Virus record (IMG/VR): IMGVR_UViG_2875499822_000002
Span: 1-64,000 of that record
Source of the DNA: a virus
Lineage: Duplodnaviria; Caudoviricetes
DNA: 64,000 nucleotides
Reading direction: 5' to 3' (one strand)
Both the position numbers and the translations under genes were made by a program. Under the pieces are notes generated by a model. It had not been told where the DNA came from, did not search any database, and saw only the letters and a list, made by a program, of their open reading frames with translations. Positions 47,405 through 57,872 of the stretch are shown here, in pieces (position 1 is the stretch's first letter; every line of letters starts with the position of its first letter).

Positions 47405-49770
47405 AGCGTTCTGGTCACGGATACGACCAATGCACCAGAATCGGAATAGCCTGGCTTGTGAGCGGAGATCTCGAAAGTCAGGTTTTGATAGTAAACCCCG
47501 CCGTTCAGTGCCACCTCGTCATCAAACGTCCACGAGCTGCCAGTGATACCGCTCACCGTTTTTACAACCGCGCCCTCCGAGCGCACAACAACCTGGTACG
47601 TAGCATCACTCGCCTGATCGACATCATCCCCATAAAACACCACAGCCGGCAGCGAGCCCTCGCGCTTCCTCCAGGTGACAGTTGCCACACCTGAGATCTG
47701 CCCACCCTCAACTCCGTTCACGCGCACACGCCCAGGCATCCACGGAGACACGTTCGCCCCAGCAACGCTGTACGAATGCACGACAGCATCATCGACATCG
47801 AGCACTCCTGTCTGCGTTCTCGGAAGCATCCTGATCGACACAGACTCACTCTTCGCATACTGCCAGTCAGTCACTCCAAAGCCTTCCGAAACAGCCCAAG
47901 CGCGAGCTCCCGCAGGGTGAGGCAACGGCTTAGTGTTAAACAGCCCACGGTTGACCAGACCCAAAGTAACCGTGGTCGAGTTGCCGGCTGCAGCAGTCTG
48001 ATAGGAGATCCACTCCTTGCCGGCAGCACTGACGATCAGCATCAGACCAAGCCCTTGCCGCACCTCTTCGGCAGTAATCGACGACAGCTCAGCAGACGGC
48101 CCGGACAGCACCAGGCTCACATCAGTCCAGTCAGTACCCATCGCGGCACTCGTCGAGAACAAAGGTGTGAAAGGCATCGCTCCCGCATCGACGTAATCGC
48201 TATCCACTTCACTCCTAATCTGCAGCTGGTAATCCATTGCCACGCCCGGATTCTCAGCCACGACCAAGACGCTCCCGGTGGTTTGATTTGTCGTCAAAAT
48301 CACCGGAGCGTCAATGATGTCGAATCGGGTGATATCAGTCGGCTCGAATGTCGGCTTCGTCCACTGGCGTTCGGAGCCGTCTGCGTACACGCTCAGGAAG
48401 ACACCAAAAACGTCCTGGACTAGCGTGAGGCGTACAGAGCCGTCTTGGGGAGCGCCGAGGTCGACGCCAGTGACACGCATGACCATGTTTTCGATGCCAA
48501 GGTCTGGCCAGGTCAAGCGAACCACATCACCGACTTCGGAGTGGGCCGGGGCTCTTGTGCATTCCGCTTTGCACGTTGCCAGCGGTACAGATATAGCCGT
48601 CATCTCCCGCATCGCGACCTTGGCTGCATTATCCCTCGTGCTGATCATGCTCATGGTCATTGTCTGAGAGTCGCTGTCACCCTTATGGATTCGCAGACCA
48701 TTGTTTTGGGCGATAACTGTCCTCTCTGTGAAGTCATCTTCAATGCTGGTGAATTTAACCTTGAGCTCGTTTACTGCGGTTTCCAGAGACCCTCTGGTAA
48801 ACCCAGTGAGGTTTTTCACGATAGAGGGAGTGAGGACTGGCAGGTCGTCAGCAACGTAATCATTGCGTATCAGCTTGAGTTTGAGAGCACCCGTCGCAGG
48901 GTCGGTATTGTGTGACCCCTGGATCACCTTCAGAACTTCGTCTACCACATCTCCGACCGCGCTTGATGAGTCGATAGCCACAGAAATCCCCAGGCCCTCT
49001 TCGTGCAGGATTTTTGCCGCTGCCGTAATGGAGTTCACATCAATAGAAGTGAACCCCAGGTCTGCGCCGTACATTCCGTTGACGAGCATCTCGTAAATGA
49101 AGAACGCAGGGTTAGCATCAAGGCCGATTTGCTCGTACTCGCCATATCGATCATCCGGGGATTTTGGGAACCTGCTTACGTCGAACGCGACAGCCTGCGG
49201 ACTTGACGAGTTGCCAATATACATCCCCTCCATGACCGCATAAGACACGCCTCGAATGGGCGATACGAGTTCTGCGCCAACCTGGTCGATCAGGTAGTCA
49301 CTTGGAGCTTGAGTCAGAGTGCCAGGGTAGAACCTGAGCGTCCCAGAGATCCCCCCGGAGCCATTTTCGTCACCACCAAACAGAGTTGGCTTGTCGATGG
49401 AAATGGCACCGCCTGTTGATGTTCCAGTCCACGCCATTTTATCCCCGATTTTAACCCCACGAAGAATAACATCGGGCCCGTGGCATATCCCCAGCTGTAC
49501 GCCCATGTAATATCGGTATCCGATGGTTGTCTTTTTGGAGCTAAATCCAGTTTTTGTTACTTTCTTAATCGGAGACGTCTTTAGATCTCCGTACCAAAGA
49601 ACATTGGGGCCGGAAATGCGACGGGTTCCTGCAAGCACTTGAATTGGCCTTTCTGCAGCAGTTGGAAAGCTGAAATCTTCAAGTCCGGCAGCTTTTGGCT
49701 TTGAGAGTTTTGGCTTGATCAGTGCCACCCCCGCTATTAAGAGCAGAAGCGCGATTGCAATCGTCCACAT
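47401..49770 (-). CDS. Tail tip / host-specificity protein (D3112-like siphophage type)
   Basis: GPNVLWYGD, IGYRYYMG..LGICHGP, DANPA, LKLIRNDY. Confidence 0.88.
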   Translation of the reverse strand: MWTIAIALLLLIAGVALIKPKLSKPKAAGLEDFSFPTAAERPIQVLAGTRRISGPNVLWYGDLKTSPIKKVTKTGFSSKKTTIGYRYYMGVQLGICHGPDVILRGVKIGDKMAWTGTSTGGAISIDKPTLFGGDENGSGGISGTLRFYPGTLTQAPSDYLIDQVGAELVSPIRGVSYAVMEGMYIGNSSSPQAVAFDVSRFPKSPDDRYGEYEQIGLDANPAFFIYEMLVNGMYGADLGFTSIDVNSITAAAKILHEEGLGISVAIDSSSAVGDVVDEVLKVIQGSHNTDPATGALKLKLIRNDYVADDLPVLTPSIVKNLTGFTRGSLETAVNELKVKFTSIEDDFTERTVIAQNNGLRIHKGDSDSQTMTMSMISTRDNAAKVAMREMTAISVPLATCKAECTRAPAHSEVGDVVRLTWPDLGIENMVMRVTGVDLGAPQDGSVRLTLVQDVFGVFLSVYADGSERQWTKPTFEPTDITRFDIIDAPVILTTNQTTGSVLVVAENPGVAMDYQLQIRSEVDSDYVDAGAMPFTPLFSTSAAMGTDWTDVSLVLSGPSAELSSITAEEVRQGLGLMLIVSAAGKEWISYQTAAAGNSTTVTLGLVNRGLFNTKPLPHPAGARAWAVSEGFGVTDWQYAKSESVSIRMLPRTQTGVLDVDDAVVHSYSVAGANVSPWMPGRVRVNGVEGGQISGVATVTWRKREGSLPAVVFYGDDVDQASDATYQVVVRSEGAVVKTVSGITGSSWTFDDEVALNGGVYYQNLTFEISAHKPGYSDSGALVVSVTRTL

Positions 49771-49787
49771 AGTAGTACGCCTTGAAA

Positions 49788-50588
49788 TTAATAAACCTGG
49801 AAAGGATTTTCAGTGGGAATGGTCAAGAAGCCCAGAAAGTTTTCAAAGTTATTAAATGAGTGGCACGAAGCTGCAGAGTGATCACAACCTTTGGCTACTT
49901 GAATAACATCTCCAACTTTAAGCCCATCAATCGGTGACATCAGTTTGAAAGCATTGCCAGAACAGGATGTGATCATTCGAAAATCACTCCCGCTTTTTGA
50001 TAACAGCCCCGTGATGTAGTAGTCGTCCTCGTGGGCCTTGCTGGCTACTTCGACGGTGAAGCCATTGTCTTTGATCGCAGTGACCTTGGTGTCTTCTTGC
50101 CAGTCCTGAATTTGCAGGCCACATCTGCTGTCGTACAGGTGGTGATTACACTGGCTTTGATAGCCGCAGCGGAGCACTTGCCTGGTCAGAGACCGGGAGA
50201 CTGGGTTGCATGCCAAGGACGCAATGGAGTTGTTCCAGGTGACCGACGTGACCTCCCCGGCGAAGATATTTATCGACTCACTAGGTAGGTCTCGTTGGGT
50301 CTGAAAAATTTTCAGGGTCACGTGGTTTGACGGCAAATGTGAGCGGAACAACAGAGGTATTGGTGAGTCGCCTGGCATGTCGAGGGTCAACTGATTTTTG
50401 TAGTCTTCAGCTGTTCTTTGAACCTTGCCGCGTTTGAGGCTCAGGGGTTTATAAACCAGGCCATCGGTGTGCAGATGCTGCCTGCTGCCGGACGTGTAAG
50501 CATACTTGTCCGTCCCGTGCTCGAAAAGAAAGAGTTCGATGGGTCTAGATAGTGATAGCGCTTTCTGTATCGATTGCAGGGTCAGCAT
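49788..50588 (-). CDS. DUF2163/BR0599-family tail hub protein
   Basis: RPIELF.F, YQSQCNHHLYDSRCG, GCDH...C..FNN..NF.GF..IP.ENPF. Confidence 0.9.
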   Translation of the reverse strand: MLTLQSIQKALSLSRPIELFLFEHGTDKYAYTSGSRQHLHTDGLVYKPLSLKRGKVQRTAEDYKNQLTLDMPGDSPIPLLFRSHLPSNHVTLKIFQTQRDLPSESINIFAGEVTSVTWNNSIASLACNPVSRSLTRQVLRCGYQSQCNHHLYDSRCGLQIQDWQEDTKVTAIKDNGFTVEVASKAHEDDYYITGLLSKSGSDFRMITSCSGNAFKLMSPIDGLKVGDVIQVAKGCDHSAASCHSFNNFENFLGFLTIPTENPFQVY

Positions 50589-52077
50589 GCAAGAGTTGCC
50601 TTATATTTTTAGTTATAGTCGACACTTCGCTGGTGTCGAAGATGTAGCGAAATTCGTCTGAGTCAAATCGGGCAAGGTACAGCGGTACGATTGTTTCGAT
50701 GTCGCTGGTTTTCAGGTTGTTCGTGAGTTCTTTTGTTGTGATTGTTTCTGTGCCATCTGGGTTGCCAGTGGCGCTCAGGATTGTTCTGTAAATAGTTATT
50801 CCATTGTACAGTTTAATTGCGACTATTTGGGCGAGCGAGTTGCTGCTAGAAAAGTTGGTGTATCCGCTACTTTTAATTTTGAGTTTGTACGTAGGGACGA
50901 CGATGTCTTCGCTGAGCTCGAAAGCTTGTCCTGGGCCATCGATATAGAACTCGCCCTGAGCTCCATTCATGAGTTCCGCGAAATCCTCGAATCGCTGACG
51001 CTCAGACTCGCTAAAGAAGGTAAAGGTCTGCCCTATGACCTTCACTGTGCCCTTGGTACGGTCGTAGATGCTGCGAGCACCGATCAGTGGATCAAGTGTT
51101 TCGCGGAGCCGGTTGTATTGCGTAGTGACATCTGTTGAGCGGTCTGGGCGGAACGGGAAAATTGGCCTTCTGTTCAGACGTGCGAAGTCGTCGACCGGGA
51201 CTGGTTTCTGGATCTGAGTTTCGTCCAGCTCGTATGTGATCGAGTGCTGATCGAAGCCTCGGAGGAGCGATGTGGAATTCGACTCATCAGAGGGGTACGC
51301 GATACGGGCCGGGATCACGACCGCACTGGTGGAAAAGGTTTTCTTAGCCATAGTGGTCAGGGTCACGACCCTGTCGGCCACCGACTCGACACTGACTATC
51401 TCGGACTCATCACCTTCACAGATCAAAAGCGTGTCGGATGCCATCACGTATGCATTGATCGTCTCCAGGACAACAGATGCGTCTCCCTCCAAGACTGCTC
51501 GTGACAGCTGACACTGCAGCGGCCACAACGGAACAATCATGCTGCCGGTCGATGTGGCTATCTTGTTATCAAAAAGGTACTGCTGCTCGTCAGTCATGCT
51601 GTACATGTAGTTCAGCGACGTGCGGGGTGTGTCACGCAAGGCAATACGCTGTTCGGTGCCGTCGAAAGCTTCGATGAATTCGGTAAGATACTGGATGCTC
51701 ATCTCGGGTTGAGTAGACCAGTCGATGCGCTCCGGCATTACCAGGGCCATCGATGCTGTCAGCTTGAAGCTGCACACAGACCCAGCTCCGAAGTCGAAGC
51801 TCGCCTTGTAGTCGATCTCCCCACCAGCTTGGCTAAGAGAAACGACGTAAGTAGTCGACATGAATGAGTACAGAGTTCCCGACGTTATGCCGTCGAGCTT
51901 GACACCAAAAGCACCCGATTCCGTGACACCCGCAAGCACCCTCGCATGGGTGAACGAATGCCACAGCTCGAAACTGATTTCTGCGCCAGGCACAACCACC
52001 CCGGCATCAATGTCTGATGGAGTAAGGAACACATTGTCGAAGAAAAACGAGCCGAAGCTTTTGGCGATCTGGTTCAT
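50545..52077 (-). CDS. Virion structural tail protein
   Basis: DGTEQRIALRDTPR motif of D3112-like tail proteins; position after the tape measure gene. Confidence 0.8.
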   Translation of the reverse strand: MNQIAKSFGSFFFDNVFLTPSDIDAGVVVPGAEISFELWHSFTHARVLAGVTESGAFGVKLDGITSGTLYSFMSTTYVVSLSQAGGEIDYKASFDFGAGSVCSFKLTASMALVMPERIDWSTQPEMSIQYLTEFIEAFDGTEQRIALRDTPRTSLNYMYSMTDEQQYLFDNKIATSTGSMIVPLWPLQCQLSRAVLEGDASVVLETINAYVMASDTLLICEGDESEIVSVESVADRVVTLTTMAKKTFSTSAVVIPARIAYPSDESNSTSLLRGFDQHSITYELDETQIQKPVPVDDFARLNRRPIFPFRPDRSTDVTTQYNRLRETLDPLIGARSIYDRTKGTVKVIGQTFTFFSESERQRFEDFAELMNGAQGEFYIDGPGQAFELSEDIVVPTYKLKIKSSGYTNFSSSNSLAQIVAIKLYNGITIYRTILSATGNPDGTETITTKELTNNLKTSDIETIVPLYLARFDSDEFRYIFDTSEVSTITKNIRQLLHADPAIDTESAITI

Positions 52078-53015
52078 GTCGTGGCGTCCAGGAGCACCGC
52101 GATGCCCAGGTTGAAATGCGGGTAATTACGATCAGCCGGGAACACTTTGACGTACTGCGGAAACACCAGGAACTGATGACTCCCTAGCTCGTAAGTAGCA
52201 CCCGGCTCAAACGAATCCATTGGCACAAAGAACACCCCTGGCAGTTCGGCAAACGGAGCAAACCCTCCGCCGAACTCTGTGAATAGCGTAACGGGCACCA
52301 GACCATCCAGACCGCCGATCAATCCCTTTGCACGAGACACGGTGCCCACATTCCCATAGTTCGTACCGTTTTGATGGAAATGAGGAACGCCGATTAAAGT
52401 CCCTTGCCCGTTGGGTCTCAGTGGCCCCCAGGTTCTCCCGCCGACGTCCCAACCACTCCACTCAGCATGTGAGAGTCGGACACCAAAACTGGCATAGGCA
52501 TTGGCAAACAATGGCTGCTTTTGCGTGCTCAGATAGCTCTCCGTCGACGTCACAAACTGCCCACCAGTTCCAGCGGACAGCACTGGCAGCACGCCGAAGG
52601 ACAAGCATGAATGAAGACCGCCAGCACGCTCTGTGACGAATACCACAAGGTCATCCGATACGAAAAAATGGCATGTGCCCGCGCCGTCGCCGCTCTCTAC
52701 ATAACACTTCGGCGATGACTGAAAGCCAGGTTGATTGACGAAGCCAGCGCTATCGCTATAGCCACTCGCAGCCGAGACGATCACCCCATGCTGCCCAATC
52801 GAGCTCACAGCGTAGTAATCGACGTAAGGACTCGACTCCCCAAAGCTCCTCAGACAAAAGTAGGTATCACCACGAGAGATCATGAGCTGGATGCCAATAC
52901 GCGGATCTTCAAAGCCGCCGTACCGATTCACAGCCCAACCTTCAAATTCCAGGCGCTGCTTGATCACGGCCACGAGGTCGTCGGCAGATGTGTAGCGAGA
53001 TGAGTAATGCTTCAT
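52074..53015 (-). CDS. Virion structural tail protein
   Basis: 313 aa beta-rich protein, ATGA-coupled; resembles its neighbour. Confidence 0.75.
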   Translation of the reverse strand: MKHYSSRYTSADDLVAVIKQRLEFEGWAVNRYGGFEDPRIGIQLMISRGDTYFCLRSFGESSPYVDYYAVSSIGQHGVIVSAASGYSDSAGFVNQPGFQSSPKCYVESGDGAGTCHFFVSDDLVVFVTERAGGLHSCLSFGVLPVLSAGTGGQFVTSTESYLSTQKQPLFANAYASFGVRLSHAEWSGWDVGGRTWGPLRPNGQGTLIGVPHFHQNGTNYGNVGTVSRAKGLIGGLDGLVPVTLFTEFGGGFAPFAELPGVFFVPMDSFEPGATYELGSHQFLVFPQYVKVFPADRNYPHFNLGIAVLLDATT

Positions 53016-53884
53016 ATCAACCTCAGCCCGTAAGTTTCAGTCGACTTACTGACGTTAGGCACCACCAGGTAATCCACGCCATCGATCTCAATGACAGACT
53101 CAGCCGCGCGCCCCTGCGGAATCGCAACCACACCGTCCAGGTAACCCAGCCAAACCCCATCATCAGAATTCAGTGCATCGGTATCGGACGCTCTCCCTGA
53201 GCTCACTACCAGGGCCGGATACACGACCGCGCCGCCGTCAATCTTGCCCCTTAGCCGGTGGAATTTCCCGTCAAAGGGATGCACGTAGGCGTAGGAATAT
53301 GAGTAAGGAAATTCGTTCGTGAACGCGCTGTTGCCGCCTGAATTCCCACCCACGATCTGCCACGCGCCGGTCGGCAGGCAGACCTTCGGGCAGTATTGGT
53401 TGCCACCAGACATAAAAGGGTAGGCAGACTCCTTGGAGCCACCCAGCTCACCCGACCCACCGATAAAGCAAGGGAACTGATAAGCCCTGTTCGATCCGAA
53501 AGGTAGGATCAACCCAGCATAAAACGAGTAGTAGCTTGAGCCAGCGCGAATGACCCCGCACAACCGCCTGGAACTCACCAACGTCCAAACCTTCACTTCG
53601 CCGGCAGGCAGGACAAAGCGCGGCAGGAACGGCGAATACGCATAGCTAAACCCACCTGCCTGACCGGCAACAGATTGCTCAGGATCGAAATCCCGGAAGG
53701 CCTGAACCTCAATCACTCCATCCTCGACCACAAACGCAACAAAGCCAGCACTGCCCGGCAGCCCGAACACCTTTTCCGAAGAAGTGTCACGGACTACCGA
53801 CCACCCGTTTGACGGCAAAAGATCAGTACAAAGAGATGTGAGCCAGTCTGCGCCACTGGCATAAGTAGATATAGCCACTGTCAT
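53012..53884 (-). CDS. Virion structural tail protein
   Basis: 290 aa directly downstream of the tape measure gene. Confidence 0.75.
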   Translation of the reverse strand: MTVAISTYASGADWLTSLCTDLLPSNGWSVVRDTSSEKVFGLPGSAGFVAFVVEDGVIEVQAFRDFDPEQSVAGQAGGFSYAYSPFLPRFVLPAGEVKVWTLVSSRRLCGVIRAGSSYYSFYAGLILPFGSNRAYQFPCFIGGSGELGGSKESAYPFMSGGNQYCPKVCLPTGAWQIVGGNSGGNSAFTNEFPYSYSYAYVHPFDGKFHRLRGKIDGGAVVYPALVVSSGRASDTDALNSDDGVWLGYLDGVVAIPQGRAAESVIEIDGVDYLVVPNVSKSTETYGLRLI

Positions 53885-53919
53885 TGTTATTATTCTTCTC
53901 GATCAGTAACTATATTTTA

Positions 53920-56700
53920 TCACATATTCTTTATCTCATTTCTGTTGGCGCGAATAACGTTCATGATCGCTGCCTCTCCATGAGCACCCTCCATAACGCT
54001 GGCGATGGACATCGAGTCAATCATGTTATTAACGGTAACTCTTGGCGCTTTATCCACCTGCCTACTACTGCCCTTGCCAATATTCCATTGATGTCTCGGA
54101 TCTGTAGTTGGAAGGATCTCCTCATTCTTTTCAAGGATTGCAGCTACTTCGTTAGATTTAAGCCCAAGTGTTCCTGCGAGCGCACCTTCGTGGTGATACT
54201 CCGCGTTAATGAATGCCAGGGGAGTTATATCCCTACTTCTCCCAACTCCGCCCGCCATCCCACCTTCGTGGTTCACACCCGCGCTGATCATTCCCATCAG
54301 GCTTCCCACACCCGCGCTGGCACCACCGGTATAGGCTGAGAGCATCGACTGGATGGCCAACTGAATCAGCAGTTTCGCAATGATCTTCGACACCTCAGTC
54401 AGGACGCCTTGAGCGAAGTCAGAGAACGCTTCTTTTGCGGACTTTGTCCCTGATATGAAGTCAGTGAACAGACCTTCCAATCCACCCTGCAGGCTGCTTG
54501 ACACATTATCCGTCAGCGTCTGCAAATCGAATACTTCAGCCCGAGCGTCCTGGGCCGACTTTTTAACTTTGTCGAGATCTGCCGGGTTGCCGGTGACCTC
54601 GGCAGCTTTCGTGCCCCTTTCTTCCAGCTTGTTTGCTTGATCCAGATAGTCGAGCGGCGAGATCTGGTGCCTCTCCAACTTTGACTTCAAACTGGCGTAC
54701 TGACGCTCGATCTCTTGCATCTCTGCCTGAGCTTTCTTCGCACTGATCAGTTTCTGGATTGCCGTCGAGTCTTCCCCGAGGCTCTCCATGTTTTTGATCG
54801 ATTCCTTGAAGTCGGCCTCTATTTTCTTGATGTCAGCGCTGAACTGATCGCCGCCAATGGCCAGGAGCTCGATCTGGGCGTCAGATTTGATCTGAGCCAG
54901 TTGCTGTCTGATCTGTCCAACCTCTGCAGCACGGTCGGCTTTGAGCAAGGCGGACTGGTTGACGAGCTCTGCGCCGATAGTGGCTTGATCGGCTCGCTTG
55001 GAGGTGATGTCTGCTTCGAGTTGATTGATCGTTGCAAGGATGCCTGGTCGGTCATTTAGGTTCTGTGTGACTGCCAGGAGCTTTTGCTGTCCAGCAAGGC
55101 TTCCCTGGAGCGCTTTGATATCGACGTCGAGAGAACGCTTTTTCTGCTCGCTTAGATTCTTCGCAGCTTCCATTTCGATCCTGAACTTCTCATCAGCGAT
55201 CTGAACTGCCGATAAATTTTCGCGACGAGCCCGTTCTTGCAGTTCGGAAATCTCAACCTGTTTTTTTGTGTCGATCTTCGAAATGGTGATGTCGATCTCT
55301 TTTTTGGCGAGATCAGCCTGTAGTTGCGCCTGGGTCGCTGCAATGGCTGCTGATGCCTCAGCATTTTTGGTCTGGAGCTTTGCGATGTTTGCCTGGTTAG
55401 ACTTGTCCTTTCTAGCCGCTAGCTCTTTCTGAAGATCGTCTTCGTTCTTAATTACCTGAATCTTGTACTTATTAAGGAAGTCATCTGCGGCTTTCTCATC
55501 TTCATCGCTATTCAGGATGCGGAAGTTATCCTGGCCGACTTCGTGTAGTTTCTGTCTAAGCTCCTGTACACCCTTAATGGATTGGTCGATGTCACTTCTC
55601 TTGGCGACTTCAATCGGCTTTTTATACGATCCTTGGAGATCAGTGACGCCTTTCTGGAACTTCTTGATATTCTCTGAGGCACCAGTTAAATCAAAAGCGT
55701 CAGCGAAATTCTGAATCGGCTGGACAAACGTAGAATTGAAAAGCCCAATCGTGGTAGCAAACGCAGACCTGAAGACATTAGCCATCCCATTTGCTGTCTT
55801 GACGAAGCCAGCATCAATGGTGTCCAGGCCGCGCAGGAAGAGCTCCGCAGTAAATAACACGCCTTCGCCAAGGAAACTGAATACGACGTCGAACGTATCC
55901 TTTATCTTCCCTGCGAATACGAGCCCACCCAAGATGCCTGCAAACATGTCAGTAAACTTGTCGCCGATGCTCTTAACCGGAGCCCCGACATCAGTGGATA
56001 TGTTTACTATTGACTCAGTCACCAGCTGTACTACCGCCGTCACTTGAGGCGATAGGTCGGCAAGCATTTTGCTGAAAGCTGTGCTTCCGACTTTTTCAAG
56101 CTGGGCGAACGACTTTCCGAGCTTGCTAACAGCGATAGTTTCAGTGTCGCTCAGCGTCAGGTTGAAGCGCTTGGCTTCCTCCATGAGTCGCTTGAACTCT
56201 TCTCCACCATTTTTCAGTACGGGTAGAAGGTTTCTAAGGGCGTCAGAGCCGATCTGGTCGAGAAAAGTAAATGCGGAGTTGTCCGACATGCCCTTCAGGG
56301 TTTCGGAGATCTTCTGCAACTGCTCAAGGGGATTGAGTTTATTGAATTTGGCAACATCAACATTCATAACCTCAAAGAAGTCGACGCCGCCGCCAGAGCC
56401 AATGGAGCTGAACTCCTCGACTTTGATCCGCACCTCATCAAGGGCATCCAGCAGTTGATCGGGCTGGACGTTCGCGCCGTTGAAAGCTGCATACTGTGCT
56501 GCCGTCAGATCTTCCATAGAGACGCCCAGGCGCTTTGCTGCAGCATCAAGCTCTGTCAGCTGATGAACAGTTTCCTTGATTGCGACAGCGCCCGCGAAGG
56601 CACCAACCAGGGCTGTGACCTTTGCCGTTGCACTTGTGAGTATTCCGGACGCTTCATCCTTTGCTTTGAGGATTAAATTGATTACTGCGCTGCTAGCCAT
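53920..56700 (-). CDS. Tail tape measure protein
   Basis: 926 aa, helical, lambda-like C-terminus (KSAKEAFSDFA, EVAAILEKNEE). Confidence 0.92.
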   Translation of the reverse strand: MASSAVINLILKAKDEASGILTSATAKVTALVGAFAGAVAIKETVHQLTELDAAAKRLGVSMEDLTAAQYAAFNGANVQPDQLLDALDEVRIKVEEFSSIGSGGGVDFFEVMNVDVAKFNKLNPLEQLQKISETLKGMSDNSAFTFLDQIGSDALRNLLPVLKNGGEEFKRLMEEAKRFNLTLSDTETIAVSKLGKSFAQLEKVGSTAFSKMLADLSPQVTAVVQLVTESIVNISTDVGAPVKSIGDKFTDMFAGILGGLVFAGKIKDTFDVVFSFLGEGVLFTAELFLRGLDTIDAGFVKTANGMANVFRSAFATTIGLFNSTFVQPIQNFADAFDLTGASENIKKFQKGVTDLQGSYKKPIEVAKRSDIDQSIKGVQELRQKLHEVGQDNFRILNSDEDEKAADDFLNKYKIQVIKNEDDLQKELAARKDKSNQANIAKLQTKNAEASAAIAATQAQLQADLAKKEIDITISKIDTKKQVEISELQERARRENLSAVQIADEKFRIEMEAAKNLSEQKKRSLDVDIKALQGSLAGQQKLLAVTQNLNDRPGILATINQLEADITSKRADQATIGAELVNQSALLKADRAAEVGQIRQQLAQIKSDAQIELLAIGGDQFSADIKKIEADFKESIKNMESLGEDSTAIQKLISAKKAQAEMQEIERQYASLKSKLERHQISPLDYLDQANKLEERGTKAAEVTGNPADLDKVKKSAQDARAEVFDLQTLTDNVSSSLQGGLEGLFTDFISGTKSAKEAFSDFAQGVLTEVSKIIAKLLIQLAIQSMLSAYTGGASAGVGSLMGMISAGVNHEGGMAGGVGRSRDITPLAFINAEYHHEGALAGTLGLKSNEVAAILEKNEEILPTTDPRHQWNIGKGSSRQVDKAPRVTVNNMIDSMSIASVMEGAHGEAAIMNVIRANRNEIKNM

Positions 56701-56704
56701 ATTA

Positions 56705-57064
56705 TTATTCTTCTCCGGCTATTTTGGTCATCAGTTCATTGAAGTGCTTTGCGTCCCCAGAAACACAGGCGATACGACTCAGGTGCTGGGCGTACAGCTC
56801 GCCCGCAAGTTCCGAACGTCGAAGATCACGCTGAACTTCAACTAGCTTGAATAGTTTTTTGATCGAGTAGCCATAGGGGTTGAACTCAGCTGAGTTGTGA
56901 CCACAGCTAACAAGGAATTCGCAGCTAGCTACCAGCGTGCCCAGGTAGTCTGCAACTGGATCAGGCTCCCCGTACTCGCGAATTCTTTTTTGCTCTCGCT
57001 CGTAATCCGCAATTATTTGATCATCAGTGCGATTGTCGGGGCGAGTTTCTCCAGACTTTTTTTT
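56705..57064 (-). CDS. -1 frameshift extension of the tail chaperone (gpGT-like)
   Basis: Slippery A8G at 57056-57064; -1 frame open (KSGETRPDNR...KIAGEE*) to the TAA just before the tape measure ATG. Confidence 0.8.
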   Translation of the reverse strand, partial: KKKSGETRPDNRTDDQIIADYEREQKRIREYGEPDPVADYLGTLVASCEFLVSCGHNSAEFNPYGYSIKKLFKLVEVQRDLRRSELAGELYAQHLSRIACVSGDAKHFNELMTKIAGEE

Positions 57065-57417
57065 AGACCTTCTGGAAATGTGAGGGCCAACACAGTAGAA
57101 AGAAGCTCTACTTGAGTCATCAGTGGAAAGTTTCTGATGTGATCAGCCGCTTCTGGTTGCTTGCAGCCCAAGGCAATGCAAGAGGCTCCGAAAGCCGGAA
57201 ATTGAAGAAGGACGACTTTAGAGTTATCGCTGGAATTGTTTCCTTCCTTTGCGTTGTGGAAGAAAATAGCGGCGAGGATCTTGGCGTGTTCATCTGCGAG
57301 ACGAGCAAAGTCTTCAGTAGTCAGCCCGTAAACATCGAGTGACTTCTCAGGCTCCTTTCCAATAGCCTGTGTAATGACAACTTTTTTAAACGGAACAACA
57401 AGATCGAGCAGAGACAT
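57013..57417 (-). CDS. Tail assembly chaperone (gpG-like)
   Basis: Upstream of the tape measure gene; ends LTFPEGLKKS at the slippery site. Confidence 0.85.
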   Translation of the reverse strand: MSLLDLVVPFKKVVITQAIGKEPEKSLDVYGLTTEDFARLADEHAKILAAIFFHNAKEGNNSSDNSKVVLLQFPAFGASCIALGCKQPEAADHIRNFPLMTQVELLSTVLALTFPEGLKKSLEKLAPTIALMIK

Positions 57418-57524
57418 GGATGGGCCTTTCTTATTATTATTCTTATATGCACATCATATCATTTCGATTGACACAGATGTGGCGACAGTCAAGAATGCGT
57501 TGAGCTCAAAGATGGCATGAGGCC

Positions 57525-57872
57525 ATGATGAAGAAGATTTCTGAACTGACGCCAGCAGAACGTGATGATTACGTTTGTCGTCAAAGTATCGCCGTGCTCC
57601 AGGTTTGTGGGTATGACATGCCGGAGGATGTGGCGCTCGACTACCTGCTGGATTCCGAGTCGGTTCCTGGTTATCGATTTGATCTGCTGGACTGCGTTTT
57701 CAACTGCATCGCATTCACTTTGCAGCACAAGCGGGATGACGCAGAGGCAAAAGAAGCTATGGAAAATCTGCTGCAGGAAGCAGGTGCTGAGCATGTACAC
57801 CGGCTGACCGATCACCTGTTCAGGATTGCCGAGAGTGCTGCCCGCGACGAGCTGGAGACAATCGTATGCTGA
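57525..57872 (+). CDS. Hypothetical protein
   Basis: 115 aa, overlaps the phosphatase start. Confidence 0.7.
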   Translation: MMKKISELTPAERDDYVCRQSIAVLQVCGYDMPEDVALDYLLDSESVPGYRFDLLDCVFNCIAFTLQHKRDDAEAKEAMENLLQEAGAEHVHRLTDHLFRIAESAARDELETIVC

